This document shows positions 1-12,861 of a stretch of 64,000 nt of DNA, one piece after another. Every line of letters begins with the position of its first letter. Within the stretch, counting starts at the first letter, position 1. The stretch comes from Chrysomallon squamiferum (lineage: Eukaryota; Animalia; Mollusca). The notes beneath the pieces were generated by a model. It had not been told where the DNA came from and ran no database searches. It worked only from the letters and a program-made list of their open reading frames with translations. The position numbers and the translations under genes are program-made. Where the stretch lies: contig CM022665.1 in NCBI GenBank assembly GCA_012295275.1, forward strand, positions 47,740,001 to 47,804,000, read 5' to 3'.

Positions 1-22
1 CGTACTTCGCCAGCGACGCCAT
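1..22 (-). CDS. Probable first codons (MASLAKY...) of a divergently transcribed gene running off the left edge
   Basis: Minus strand reads aagaataATGGCGTCGCTGGCGAAGTACG, with the ATG at 22-20 in an ATGGCG context typical of housekeeping-gene starts. CpG-rich compared with its surroundings. Only 7 codons are visible, so the identity is unknown. Confidence 0.35.
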
Positions 23-360
23 TATTCTTCTTTTGGTTTATGTTTCTTCAACAAAGATCGGAGCACCTACAAACTCAATAGACTGGCTGCAAATGCAAAT
101 AATTTGATTTTCCTACAGAAAGCGTAATGGGCAAACAAAATACGGTCTTTTTATCCTCTTGTCTTTCTAGAGTTAAGTTCGAATCATTTAAATTAAGCAT
201 GGGAAGGTGAATCGAAATAGTTATCTTCTTCTGTAGTTGGTTCTGAGACACTGCCATCTGATTCACAAAGCAGAGGAGAAAGTGCAGATAATTTCAATTT
301 TAAGAAGATGGCTTCAAATCATTGACAATAAATCCCCAGCTCAAAATAACTTACTGTTTG
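23..360. promoter_or_regulatory. Putative bidirectional promoter / first non-coding exon of ADCK1
   Basis: Lies between the minus-strand ATG at 22 and ADCK1. YY1-like AAGATGGC at ~305-312 on +, followed by a possible donor (tttg|gtaaag) at 361. CpG frequency drops sharply after it. Confidence 0.35.
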
Positions 361-776
361 GTAAAGTTTTATCATGATTGCATCATTAGTTTGCATTTTT
401 ATTGTGCTAAAGAAGTTTAATTATAATGAAAAAATATTTAAAAATACAGACATTAAACAAATATGTATTTATAGCAATCAACATGTATTGTGAGCATTTA
501 ATTTATCATTTATCTTTTTGACATTATTATTATTATTATTATTATGAAATAATTTTTTAAATATATATTTACATTATAATGCACTATTTGATTACACTCA
601 TATCAACAAATGTGCATGACATTGTACACTAGATGAGTTGACAGACTAGTATGATAGAAACAGTTATTAAGTAATTAATGATCAGTAAACTATTTATTTA
701 ATTCAGTACTTCAGATATACACCTAGAACTATTTCAGTTTGATATTTTTTATATAAAAAATAAAAAAAGATTGTTA

Positions 777-814
<38 letters not shown>

Positions 815-1316
815 GTTTTCTTTAAATATATTATCTTTATTAAAAAAAAAAAAAACAACAACAACAAAAATCACAGCATATTATCTTTTTACACATTATA
901 TTTGTATGAATTTAACCTTGTGATAATTTTCACTTTTTATCTACTGTTCTGTTTATTAATCTTATGAATATACTGCCCTGTATTTTACAGGTTCAGATTT
1001 TTGATCATGTCACAAGTCCAGTTCTAACACATCACAATCAAATTATAATGGTGTTTTAATATTTAATAATAATAACAGAAGTATAGTAGTAGAAGTGGTA
1101 ATAAGGAAATAATAATAATAATCATTATAACAACAGAAAAACATTAAATAATAATAATAATAATAATAATAATATTTTTGAATAATAATAACATATTACA
1201 ACATTTTAAAAACTTTCTAACCACATTAATTTTATAACATTTTTTTTTTATATTTTATTTACAGAGCAGGGATGGATGAGGCAGACATTTACCGGAGTAT
1301 TTGAAAAGTTATAAAA

Positions 1317-2740
1317 ATGAGACGCAGGTTTGTTACGAGACTGTTTAAACTTGGAGTTGTTGGAAGCTTTCTCGGTGGTTCTTTCTTTCTGCTTCAGCAA
1401 AACAACTGGAACTTCTCCTCTGTGGGTGCTGTACGGTTTGGCAGAGCGGCATATGCAGTACGTAATTTTAAACATCGCTTTAAGATGTAGTAAAGTTATT
1501 TATGTTATTCATGTGACACAGTATAATGCTTATTTAACGGTGTTTTAATATCGAAGGTTATTACTTGTAAATCTTGATGTTTTGATAAAGAATCTAAGAG
1601 GATGTTTATATAATTTTTCTATGAGTTATTTGTTTTAACTGATTAAAAATAAAAATCTCTTCTTTAAATGAATCCATGTTTGCAGCATCAGTTAGAATGG
1701 GAATCAGTGTAAAGGGTCTGTTGAGAAGTTTTGAATCTCAGTGTTTGATAACTGCATTGAAAAATACTGTCATTCTGCATTTTTTTTGTTATTTATAGCT
1801 TGTATTTACTAGCAGTAAGAATTAAATCTTTAGTCAGAGTAAAGAAATAATACTCTATGAGCCTATTGAGTTATTTCAAATATTATATTTCATAATAATA
1901 ATAATAATAATATTAACTTTAAATTATTGTGTGCATATGACTTTAAAAAATGTATTTATTTATTTATTTTTCACTGTTATTAATATTATTATTTTATTAT
2001 TATTATTATTATTATTATTTTATTATTATTATTAATTTTTTTTTTGCAGGCACTTCGAGTAGCCTTAGATTACAAATTTGCTGGGAAATGGTATGATCCT
2101 GATGACCCTGAAATTAACCAGAAATATTCTGATGTAAATATTCTATTAATTTCTTATTAACAGAAATATAAACTTTCACTGGAAATAAAAATTTATTTAA
2201 AAACAAACCAAAAAAACACACAAATAAATAAATAAAGTTTACATTACTGTATTTTTTCATCTCAAGTCAGGTTATACAGTATTGAGTCACTGTTTCAGAA
2301 CAAAAAAATTAAAAACAAAAAATTTAAAAATTAAATTTTAATTCCTACAGCATATGCAGGTAAGGTCTGTTATTTTTTTACATCTTAATAGATACTATAT
2401 TTTAATCACGATCATAAAATAAACATTTTTTGACATCCAACAATCTGAATCCATGTCTAGAACATTCATCTATTACTCTGGAAGTTTTATGATGTTGTAA
2501 CGGTTGATGTTGTCATACACAGCTACACCTGCGGTCAGCGCTGCGACTGCGAGAGATGTGCTGTGCAAATGGGGGAGCGTTCATCAAGGTGGGGCAGCAC
2601 CTGAGTTCCCTGGAGTACCTGCTGCCCATGGAGTACATCAACACGATGAAAGTGCTGCACGACCGAGCCCCAGAGTCGAAGCTTGAAGACCTGTACCAGG
2701 TGATTGAGGAGGACCTCGGGCAGAAGGTAGATAAACTTGA

Positions 2741-2771
<31 letters not shown>

Positions 2772-3944
2772 GCACTTGTTGTTTCTGTCAAAGAAAGAGT
2801 AGTTATAGTAGTAGTTGTTGTTGTTGTTGTTGTTTCTGTCTAAGAAAGAGTAGTAGTAGTTGTTGTTGTTGTTGTTGTTGTTGCTGAAGCTTGAAGACCT
2901 GTACCAGGTGACTGAGGAGGACCTCGGGCAGAAGGTAGATAACCTTGATGTTGTTGTTGTTGTTGTTGTTGTTGCACTTGTTGTTTTCTGTCTGAAGCTT
3001 GAAGAAAGAAAGAGGTAGTAGTGGATGTTGTTGTTGTTGTTGCTGAAGCTTGAAGACCTGTACCAGGTGATTGAGGAGGACCTCGGGCAGAAGGTAGAGT
3101 TGTTGTTGTTGTTTCTGTCAAAAAAAAGTAGTAGTAGTAGTTGTTGTTGTTGTTGCACTTGTTGTTTCTGTCTAAGAAATAGTAGTAGTAGTAGTTGTTG
3201 TTGGTAGTAGTAGTAGTTGTTGGTGGTAGTAGTAGTAGTTGGTGGTGGTGGTAGTGGTAGTGGTAGTTGTAGTTGTAGTTGTTGTTATGGTTGTTGTAGT
3301 TGTTGTTATGGTTGTTGTACTTGTTGTAGTTGTTGCTATTGTTTGTATAGTGAGTGTTGGGAAGTAACATATATAAAACTGTAAGATCGAAAGAATATGA
3401 TTAAAAAAATATATGTATTTCTGAATGATCTGGAAGTACTTAGTGTGTAACTGAAAGACATCTGTGAATGATAAAATACTTTTGTTTGTACTTGTGCACA
3501 TGCATGCAAGCATACACTTGTATCTTTGTATGCATTTGAATAAAAGTTAGATCCATTTTATTTTATCCAGTTGAAATAATTTACTTTTAATTTTATCTAG
3601 CTATTGAAAATTTTAATGTTTTTTTGTTGTAATTTGTGACTCAGGTTGAAGATCTGTTTACGAGTTTTGAACCTAGACCTCTTGGTGCAGCATCATTGGC
3701 TCAGGTTCACAGAGCCACACTGAAAGATGGACAGGTTGTTGCTGTCAAAGTTCAACACCCACTTGTAAAAATGCATTCCTTTATAGACATCAAAACCATG
3801 GAAGTAAGAAAATATTTTAATTCTTTCTTTCTTTTTCTTACTGTCTATTTCTCTTGTTTTATCTGTCTTTTATATGGTTTCAAGTAGACAGAAATAGTTA
3901 TAATAATGTCAAAATCTGCAATTTATAATAAAATTAAGAAATTT

Positions 3945-4023
<79 letters not shown>

Positions 4024-5356
4024 TACATTTGGTTATAAATAATATATACAGAGAAATATTCACAATAATGTTGATATCTGAAGTTCATAAAATAAAATTC
4101 ATAAAAAAAATTTTTAAAACTTTTTACTAGTGTATTTCTTATTTTAATTATTTCAGAATTTTGTATACGAGTGAGATTATAATATAGATAAATAAAATGA
4201 TCTCTAAATCAGATGAATGCAGCCACAAATGTAGCATCATTTATTAATGTGTTAGCTAATATTAGGAATGAGGACAGAGGTTGCATATATTTGATCTCTC
4301 TCAGTTCCTAGTTCACATGGTTGCATGGATGTTCCCAGAATTTCAGTACATCTGGCTTGCAGAGGAAACTAAAAAGAATTTACCGAAAGAACTTGATTTC
4401 ATCCAGGAAGGGCAAAACTGCGAACGTGTGGCAAAAATGTTTAAAAAATTTGACTTCTTGAAGGTAATGTTTTTAATATAAAATTTTCTTTAACAGAATG
4501 AAGTAGTAGTAGGTGGTGGTGGTGGTGTTAGTGATGGTGATAATTGTGGTAAAAGTTGCAGAAATTTTAATAGTTAAAGTGGAACAATAATGAATTAGGT
4601 CTTAATAGTAATAGTAATACTACTAGTAGTAGTAGGAGTAGTAGTAGTAGTAATGAATAGTAGTGGTATAATAATATTAAGAGTAGTAGTAGTAGAAGTA
4701 GTAATAATCTGGTATAAACAGTAGTTGTAATACTATTAGTAGTTGTAATAGTATTAGTAATAGTACTAGTGGTTTGATGTAGTAGTAGTAGTGGTGGTGT
4801 TGGCAGTAGTAGCAGTAATACCACTACTATTAGTAATAATAGAGATGATTATACAAGTAGTAGTAGTAGAAGTAGCAGTAATAATTGTAGTAGCAGGAAT
4901 AACAATAGTAAAAGTAGTAGGTTATAATACCAATAGTAAAAGCAGTAGGTTATAATAGCTTCAGCAGTAGCAATATTAGAAGTTGTAGTATTAACAGCTG
5001 TAACAATATGGCTACAGAAACTGTGGTCGTATTGACTAAGATTGGAAGGCAGATTTAAGACAAGAAAACAGTGTGTTACCATGACAATCATGTGATGTGT
5101 ACAGCAGACATGTTTATGTGGTTTTTTTCCCACAGATACCAAAGATTTACTGGGAACTGTCGTCAGAGAGGGTTCTGACAATGGAGTTCTGTGAGGGCGG
5201 CAAAGTGGATGATCTGCAGTACATGCAGAAACATGGAATTCCTGTCAGCGAGGTAATCACATCAGTCAGACTTCAGTGTAACTCAGATAGCCTTAGACTA
5301 ATTTCTGAAATGTTGTACTATTATGGAATATCTGTCTATCTATCTATCTATCTAAT

Positions 5357-5387
<31 letters not shown>

Positions 5388-7217
5388 TTTTATTTACTTA
5401 TTTATTAGTTAATTAATTTAATTATTTATTTATCTCTGTCTGTGTCTGTCTGCAAGTTTCTTTCTTTATTTATTTATTTTTTTTTTTTTTTTTCAGGTTT
5501 TAATTTCTGAAATGTGTATACTATTGTGAACTTGTTGCGATAAACATATGTAACTGTTTTAAATTAATTTCTGAAATATGTAAATTATTGTGAACTGATT
5601 TCATTTGACCTATTACAGTATAATTTTAAAACAGTCAAGAATAATAACAAATTATTTATTTATACTGATTGTTTGATTTTTTCAGGTGACGAGGAATCTA
5701 GGGAAGTTGTACAGTGAGATGGTGTTTGTTCAGGGGTACGTCCACTGTGATCCACATCCAGGCAACGTCTTTGTCAACAAAACACCACAGGGTACTCAGA
5801 TAATACTGTTAGACCACGGGTTGTACCAGGTGGGTACCACATCGGATACAGATGTCACATGGTCTGTATCCAGTATTACATAACAAACATGATAACAGAT
5901 GGGTTGTACCAGGTACTAAGTCAAATATAGATGTGTATAATAATCATGATATCACTTGGTACTGTTGGGCTATGGCACTAAATAAAATATTAACATCTAT
6001 AATGACTTAATAAACATTAATGGTATAACCACAGAGTATGATTACAGACATAGAAAAAGTCAAGCAGAAAGAACCTGGTAGAATATCTGCAGTTTTTAAT
6101 TTAAAATAAATTTTTAAATCAGTGCTGTTTTTTCATAACCTCAATCAAAGAAATAATACTTGGCATATATAGATATAGATATTGATACACATACTTAGAT
6201 CCATACATTCATACATAAATATATACAAACATACAAACATGCATGCATACATATATACATACATATATAGATATAGATATTAATACAGATACAGAAACTT
6301 ACATACATACATAATTACATACATATAATCATACATACATACGTACAACATACATACATACATACATATATATTTAGATTTAGATAGAGAGAGAGAGAGA
6401 GAGAGAGGTACAGATACAGATTTAAATACAGATACAGATACACATATAAAACAAAACAAGAAGAATTATCTTTCAAATCAGTAAGTTTAAGTTTTAAAAA
6501 TTCTGACTGTTTGTTTTCAGACTCTGACTGCTTGTTTTCAGACTCTGACTGTTTGTTTTCAGACTCTGACGGATGATTTTCGAGTGAACTACGCCAAGCT
6601 GTGGATTTCACTCATCCATGCTGACCTGGAAGGGATAAAGAAGTACTCGGAAGCGATGAACTGTGGAGAACTGTACGGAATGTTCGCCTGCATGTTGACT
6701 GCTAGATCATGGAAAGCAGTGAGAGCAGGAATTGACAAACACGAGTTTTCTGATAAAGAGGTACGTTTTTAAATTTGAATATAGAATTTTTTTTTAATGT
6801 TTTTTAATTTTTTTGAAATTTGATATTTATAATTATATTTAAATAATATTCAAATAAATATGAATATAAATAGTATGTGAGAAGTTTTAAGATTATGTTG
6901 GGGGATTTTTCTGTGTGTCAGTAATTATGTGAATTTTGATTGGCTGTTATGTGTAAGATGGAAATAGTTTTTTTTTTCAGTAGAGGCCTTCATTCATCTG
7001 TCTGTCTGTGGTTCTGTCTCTGTTTATGTGAACCTTCTCATTTCCGATTTTCATAATTGTTTTAATAATTTATTCTGAAATATAACTATAAATTATTTTC
7101 ATTTTATTATTATTATTATTTTAATTTTTCTGATGATTTGATAAATTTTTTTTTTGTTTTTTTTTTATTTTATTTTTATGTTGTTATTGGTTTATTATTT
7201 TATTTATTTATTACTTG

Positions 7218-7249
<32 letters not shown>

Positions 7250-7403
7250 TGTTATTTTTGTTACTGTTATTTAGTAGTAGTAGTATTATTATTTTTATTA
7301 TTGTTTTTCTTCGTAATATTATTCTATTATTATCACTATTACCATTATTATTATTATTACATCATTATTATTATTATTATTATTATTGTTTTTATTATTA
7401 TTA

Positions 7404-7445
<42 letters not shown>

Positions 7446-7458
7446 TTATTTTATTATT

Positions 7459-7489
<31 letters not shown>

Positions 7490-7856
7490 CTTATTTTCAC
7501 AGAGTCAGGAGATAAAGGCGACAGTGAAAAACTATTTTGTTGAAATCACACAAATCCTGAACCGGGTTCCTCGCCAGATGCTGCTCATCCTGAAAACTAA
7601 TGATGTGCTGCGTGGAATTGAGGCCTCGCTGAAAGCTCGCGCAAATGCAACGTCGTTCCTCAACATGTCGCGGTGCTGTGTGAGGGCGCTGGCCCGCGAA
7701 GAGACCAAGCTGTGTCACGGCGTTGTCTGCCGAGTCCGAGTGTGGGTCTCTGAGCAGACGCGACTGTTTAAAATTTCACTGTACGAGTTCTACCTGTGGT
7801 GGGTTACATCACCTCTGGGAATTTATTTGTCTCGGAAACAAGAACTCTACAGTTGA
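1317..7856 (+). CDS. ADCK1: aarF domain-containing kinase 1 (UbiB/ABC1 atypical kinase), ~519 aa, 9 coding exons
   Basis: Exons 1317-1457, 2050-2133, 2523-2726, 3645-3803, 4305-4463, 5136-5252, 5686-5829, 6563-6760, 7503-7856; all GT-AG and phase 0. Motifs FIKVGQ (KxGQ), GAASLAQVH, VAVKVQ, HCDPHPGN, LLDHG and ADCK1-type ACMLTARSW and VPRQMLLILKTND. Basic N-terminus (MRRRFVTRLF) resembles a mitochondrial targeting peptide. Confidence 0.95.
2678..3345 (+). repeat. Triplicated ADCK1 exon-3 3' end plus donor, embedded in (GTT)n/(GTA)n microsatellite
   Basis: gaagcttgaagacctgtaccaggtga(t/c)tgaggaggacctcgggcagaag|gtaga at 2678-2731 (true), 2886-2939 and 3045-3098, with a fragment near 2994. Confidence 0.9.
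3947..4020. repeat. (CT)n microsatellite
   Basis: Pure dinucleotide run in an ADCK1 intron. Confidence 0.95.
6502..6570 (+). repeat. 21-bp tandem repeat spanning the ADCK1 exon-8 acceptor
   Basis: Three copies of ctg(t/c)ttgttttcag|actctga, with AG ending at 6520, 6541 and 6562. Confidence 0.9.
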
Positions 7857-10049
7857 TGCTGATTTGTGTTAATTATGTTTTTTTGTTGTTAGTATTGTTG
7901 TTATTGTTGTTTGTTGTTTGTTTGTAATTACTTATGATTTGTGAATTTTGTTATTATTGTAATTTTTTTTTTTTTTTTTATAAAGTTATTATTATTGTAA
8001 TTTTTTTTTTTATAATTTTTGTTATTAATAATTTTTGTTTTTATGTATAATTTTTGTTAATGATAATTTTGTTATTATTAATAATTTTTATTATAATTTT
8101 TGTTATTAATAATTTGTATTATAATTTTATTATTTATAATTTTTATTATAATTATTATTTATAAATTTTATTATTATCATAATTTTTATTACTATTTATA
8201 TTTTTTATTATTGTAGATTTTATTATTATTTATAATATTTGTTATTATAGTTTTTATTGTTTGTAATTTTTATTATTTATAATTTTGGGCATTGTTTATA
8301 AAAAAATGTATTATAATTTTTATTACTATTTATATTTTTTATTGTTTGTAATTTTTATTTTTATTTTAATATTTATTATTATTATTTATAATTTCGGGTA
8401 TTATTTATATAAAAATGTATTACTGTAATTTTTGTTATTATTTTTAAATTTTATTATTTATTTTAGTACAAAGGTGTAGTATCCACTCTGGTACATATCA
8501 TCAACTAATTTAATAGTTTTAATCAAAAATACATGGCTATATCTACATTGAGGCAAATGAGGCAAATGTCTCATACCAAAATTGACAAATCTTTTTTTTA
8601 TTTTTTTTTATACAAAGATTTTACTTAAAAGAATATAAAATTCAATCAAGGATTTTGCAACTTTCAAGTCAGATTTTCTGGCATATTTTCAGCCTTGTTT
8701 TTTTGCCCTGCCCTGCTCGGCAATTAAAGATTTTTACCTCATTTCAAAAACAGTCTAGTTACAGCCATAAAATACATCCATGTTTTACCTCTCTCTGTTT
8801 ATTTACTGCCGTAAAAATGATGAGTACTTGTTTTGTGATTGAGAAGAACTACATTATAGAAAATATGTTAAAAGTTTCTATTTTAATTTATGCAAACCTT
8901 TACAAATTTTAAGTAAGAAAATTTTATTTATTTACGCAAGGCTTGAGTACCATATTCCCTCATTGATAGTGGCATGCCATTATACATTTTTTCATTAATA
9001 AAAAAGTCTGTTTCACTTATAAATCATAAGGCTTCTTAAACAAGACAAACTGAAATTTTCCAAGATGTTTTTTTTTAGTTCTACAGTGAGAGAAACCAGG
9101 TCAACAATAAAAAAGTCTGTTTCAGTTATAATGTCACTTTCACTTTATAAAATGACTTCATCTATAAACTAATGGTTATAAGTGAAGGAAAATGGTGTTT
9201 TAAAATGTGAATGAGCTGAATTTTTATATCACTTTTTTGAGAGAAAAAAAAAAAATAATCTACATGAAGAAACTCTTGAAATAGTTTAGAAATCTCACTA
9301 AGTTTGATCTCAAGTTCGAAATATTCATTTTTCATACATAGTTTAATATGTGATTAATGTCATTTCCATTTTCATAATATGTTTTATTTTCAATAAAAAA
9401 ATAAATAAATAAATAAATAAAATAAAATAAAATTAACAATGAGAGGGAAGACAATGTCTAATTGTAACTTTTTTGTGTCAGCATTAATGTTTGACAATCA
9501 AAGTGTGTGTGAAAAATGTTAAAATACAAATTAACAAAAACATTAGTGCATTTTGATACCTTAATACTTGGAGTGTAATAATGATTTAATTACTAAAACA
9601 AAACTGGAAATTAAAATTGTTAGACAATGGTTCTGATGTGTTTGTTTTAGAAACTGTGCTGGTCAGTTCAGTTAAAAGATTTGAAGAGTACATTTAATCT
9701 TTACACTTGTTTTTCTATGCAAATGATTTGATCAGACAGCAATTTTACAAATATTGTGTACTTGTTGCCAGTAATAAGAACTGTGTGCAGTATTTTATTT
9801 TATATTTTCTTTAATAAAAAGTTATTATTGATATTTATATTTTCTTGTTTTTAGCAGTCTAAAAATTATAGTGAAAATTATCTGTGAATGACAAGTATTT
9901 ATGTGTGCTTCATTTTCATCTCTGAAATGCATAGTTATCTACCCTTAACTTTTTTTTATAAATGAAACCAGTTGTTCTATTTTCTTTTTTTTTCAGCAGC
10001 AGAAATTTAAATCTTTATCTTCTGTATCTTATTACTTTTAAAATTTCTT

Positions 10050-10380
10050 TTATTGATTTGAATTAGCTTTGTAATAAAGCCTTGATATTTAAATGGAGGA
10101 TTCAAACACATATAAACAGATTACCTAATCATGAATTTTATTTGTAATAGAATCCTGGAGATATCAGACATTTATTAACCTGAAATTATCTAATTAGGAA
10201 TTTTATCTGTAATAAAGCCTTGAAATTTAAACAGACGATTTGGATATTTATTGATCCTTGGAGTTATCTAATTATAAATTTTATTTGTAATAAAGCCTTG
10301 TTATTTAAGTGGAGAATTTGGACAATCATTAATCCCTGGTAAAATCAGATTGTAAATTTCATCTGTAATAAAGACTTGTT
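10050..10380. repeat. Degenerate tandem repeat (tgtaataaagccttga-containing units, roughly 70-80 bp)
   Basis: tgtaataaagccttg-like motif at ~10070, 10143, 10208, 10286 and 10364. Confidence 0.6.
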
Positions 10381-12189
10381 GCCGAAGTTGAGGTTTTCAT
10401 GGAAGGATTCTAATAATGAAGTTTTTGATGATGTTTAAAAGGATATAACAAGGATGCTGTCATGTATGCAGAACTAGCAGTAATTGTTTGATGTTGAGAC
10501 CTGAACTGAATTTGTAATTTTTTTGTAATGAAACAGTTATCTAAATACATCTAAACAAATTTAACACTCTGTGTCTGTGTGTCAATTTGTGAATGCAAGT
10601 GAATGTATGTGTGAGGGTGGATTGGTGAGAGTGTGTCTGTGATTTTTTATCCACTTCAAAATAATTAATAAATACATTTATTTAATTTGCATGTTGGTAA
10701 TGCATTTTATTTGTCACTTCTAAAATTACACACAATAAAATAAAATAAAATAAAATAAAAAATAAAAAAATAAAAAACAACAATACCTAAAGTTACAAAA
10801 TAACAAAATTCTCATCCATAAAACTTTTTCATTGCTGTAGTAATAATCTGCCACATTTTCTGTTTTCATTTCTCTTTTTTTTGGAAAAGAACTGTGTTGT
10901 GGTTTTAACAGGAATAAACCATGACAAAAATACTTGGATAGTTCAGTTGTATAATAACAGCCTTGTATTTAATATTATCAAGTCTGTTACATATTACAAA
11001 GCAAAAACAAAACAAAAACATCCCCCCAAAAACAAAAAAAATGTAAAGAAAAACTCTGATAAACTGAAACTGCTAGCAGATTTGTAATGATTTGCTACAT
11101 TTTTATAATTGTGTTTGTTTCATTACATTTTATTAATCATGTGAACTTAAGTTCATGATTATCAAAGATTCACTGCAAGAAACAAAATAACTTAAAAGCA
11201 GACTATATTTGGGTTGTTTATTCATAATAACAAATCTGCCAGGAACTTGGGGTGAAAAAAAATCAAACAATCTATACTTATGGCTAACAAAAAGTAAAAT
11301 AAATCTGAGTGAAATCTATTTCTAATCTGGAACAGACACATCAGATATATATTTGAATGTGCAAATGTAACAGAAACAATTTTGATCTAAACTTAAGTGT
11401 TACCTTAAAAAAAAAAAAAAAAAAAAGAAGTTATTTTTCATTCATTCATTCATTCATTTTTATAGGATTTTTTAATTTTTATTTTATTTTATTTCTATTA
11501 CAGGTAAGTTACATTTTCATCATTATCAAACTCTCGTTGTTGTACATTTTTTTCTTTTTTTTTTAAACAACATAAACTGAACTTCACATTATCTGGCGGT
11601 AATCGAGATTACAGAATAAAACGGTGCTCCGAAAACCTTGATGTGATAATAGGGGAAAAACAAACAAAATGGAAGAGAGAAATGTAAACAAAAATGCATT
11701 AAATAATGATTTATTAATCTGTTTAAAGACGGATTAAGAAAATAATTCTAAAAACATAAATGTTATTGAGTCATAAGTATTGTAAAAAGTATTTTCGCGC
11801 AGAACAGACATTTCTGAGTCGACATATCGAGACGATTAAACGATGATGATTTAGAACGCGTCTGATTGATTTCGACTGTCATTTGCGGTGATTACACAAT
11901 ATTTGTTTCTTACGTGCAAGTTTTCTTATTTTTTTAAATTTCTTTTTTCAGTTTTAGATATTATAAATAAATATTTGTATTAAACTGGATGAAATATAAT
12001 TTGACAAAACTATACAAATAATTATAAAATGTTAACTTTTTAAACAAGGAAGACGAAAGGGATAGTTTCAAGTTTAGTTTTACGTGTATTTATTTTTTAT
12101 TATTATTAGTTTCCGTAGTTGTGGTGATTTTTCTGTTTACTTTCATGAGAATGTTTTTTAAAAGAATGAAGATTATTACATCCAGTTTT

Positions 12190-12710
12190 TAATTTTGACA
12201 ACAGTATTGTAATTGTAAGTATTACAATATTCTGATAATTGCATATTTCTTGAATCGCGCAAGTGTTGCGAATCCATATGATTGTATCGCAGTATTATTA
12301 TAAATACATGTATCAAACTAGTATTGTAATTATTTTTATAACAATAGTGTTGTAATTACATGTTTCACAATAGTATTGTAGTTAAATATATTACAACAGT
12401 ATTATATTTACATACATAACAATGGTATTATAATTACATAATCAAAATAGAATAAATCTGTATCACAATAGTATTATAAATAGAGATATCTCAATAGTAT
12501 TATGACTACATGAATTACAATATTATAATTACATGCTCCACAACATAATAAATGTATCACAATAGTAATATAATTATGTGTATCACAATGATATCATAAA
12601 TAAACGCTACACATTAGTGTTATAATTACATGCAACAAAATAATAATGTAAACAGTCATCACAAAAATATTATAATTAGTAATTGCAGGTATCACAATAA
12701 CTATAACAAC
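12190..12710. repeat. Degenerate minisatellite (caatagtatt...aattacat-like, roughly 27-28 bp)
   Basis: Many diverged copies of acaatagtattgtaattac / tatcacaatagta upstream of the first coding exon of gene 2. Confidence 0.6.
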
Positions 12711-12861
12711 TATTTTTAACTAAAACTGATACTGTTATAAAACTGATACATAAATGTTATAATAACTTTCAGACTCGGTTTAAATTTAAAAAAACACTAA
12801 AAACGTGGCTGTTAATTAATCTTATTGATGTGTGTTTTTTGTTTAGCAACTTTCACCAGAC

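Noticed and set aside
75-266. 63-aa minus-strand ORF
   Set aside because: It has no recognisable motif and lies in the presumed promoter/UTR region. It could be a uORF but this is unsupported.
2504-3513. Long poly-N/T/Q/V ORFs on both strands
   Set aside because: They are translations of (GTT)n/(GTA)n microsatellites and the duplicated exon end.
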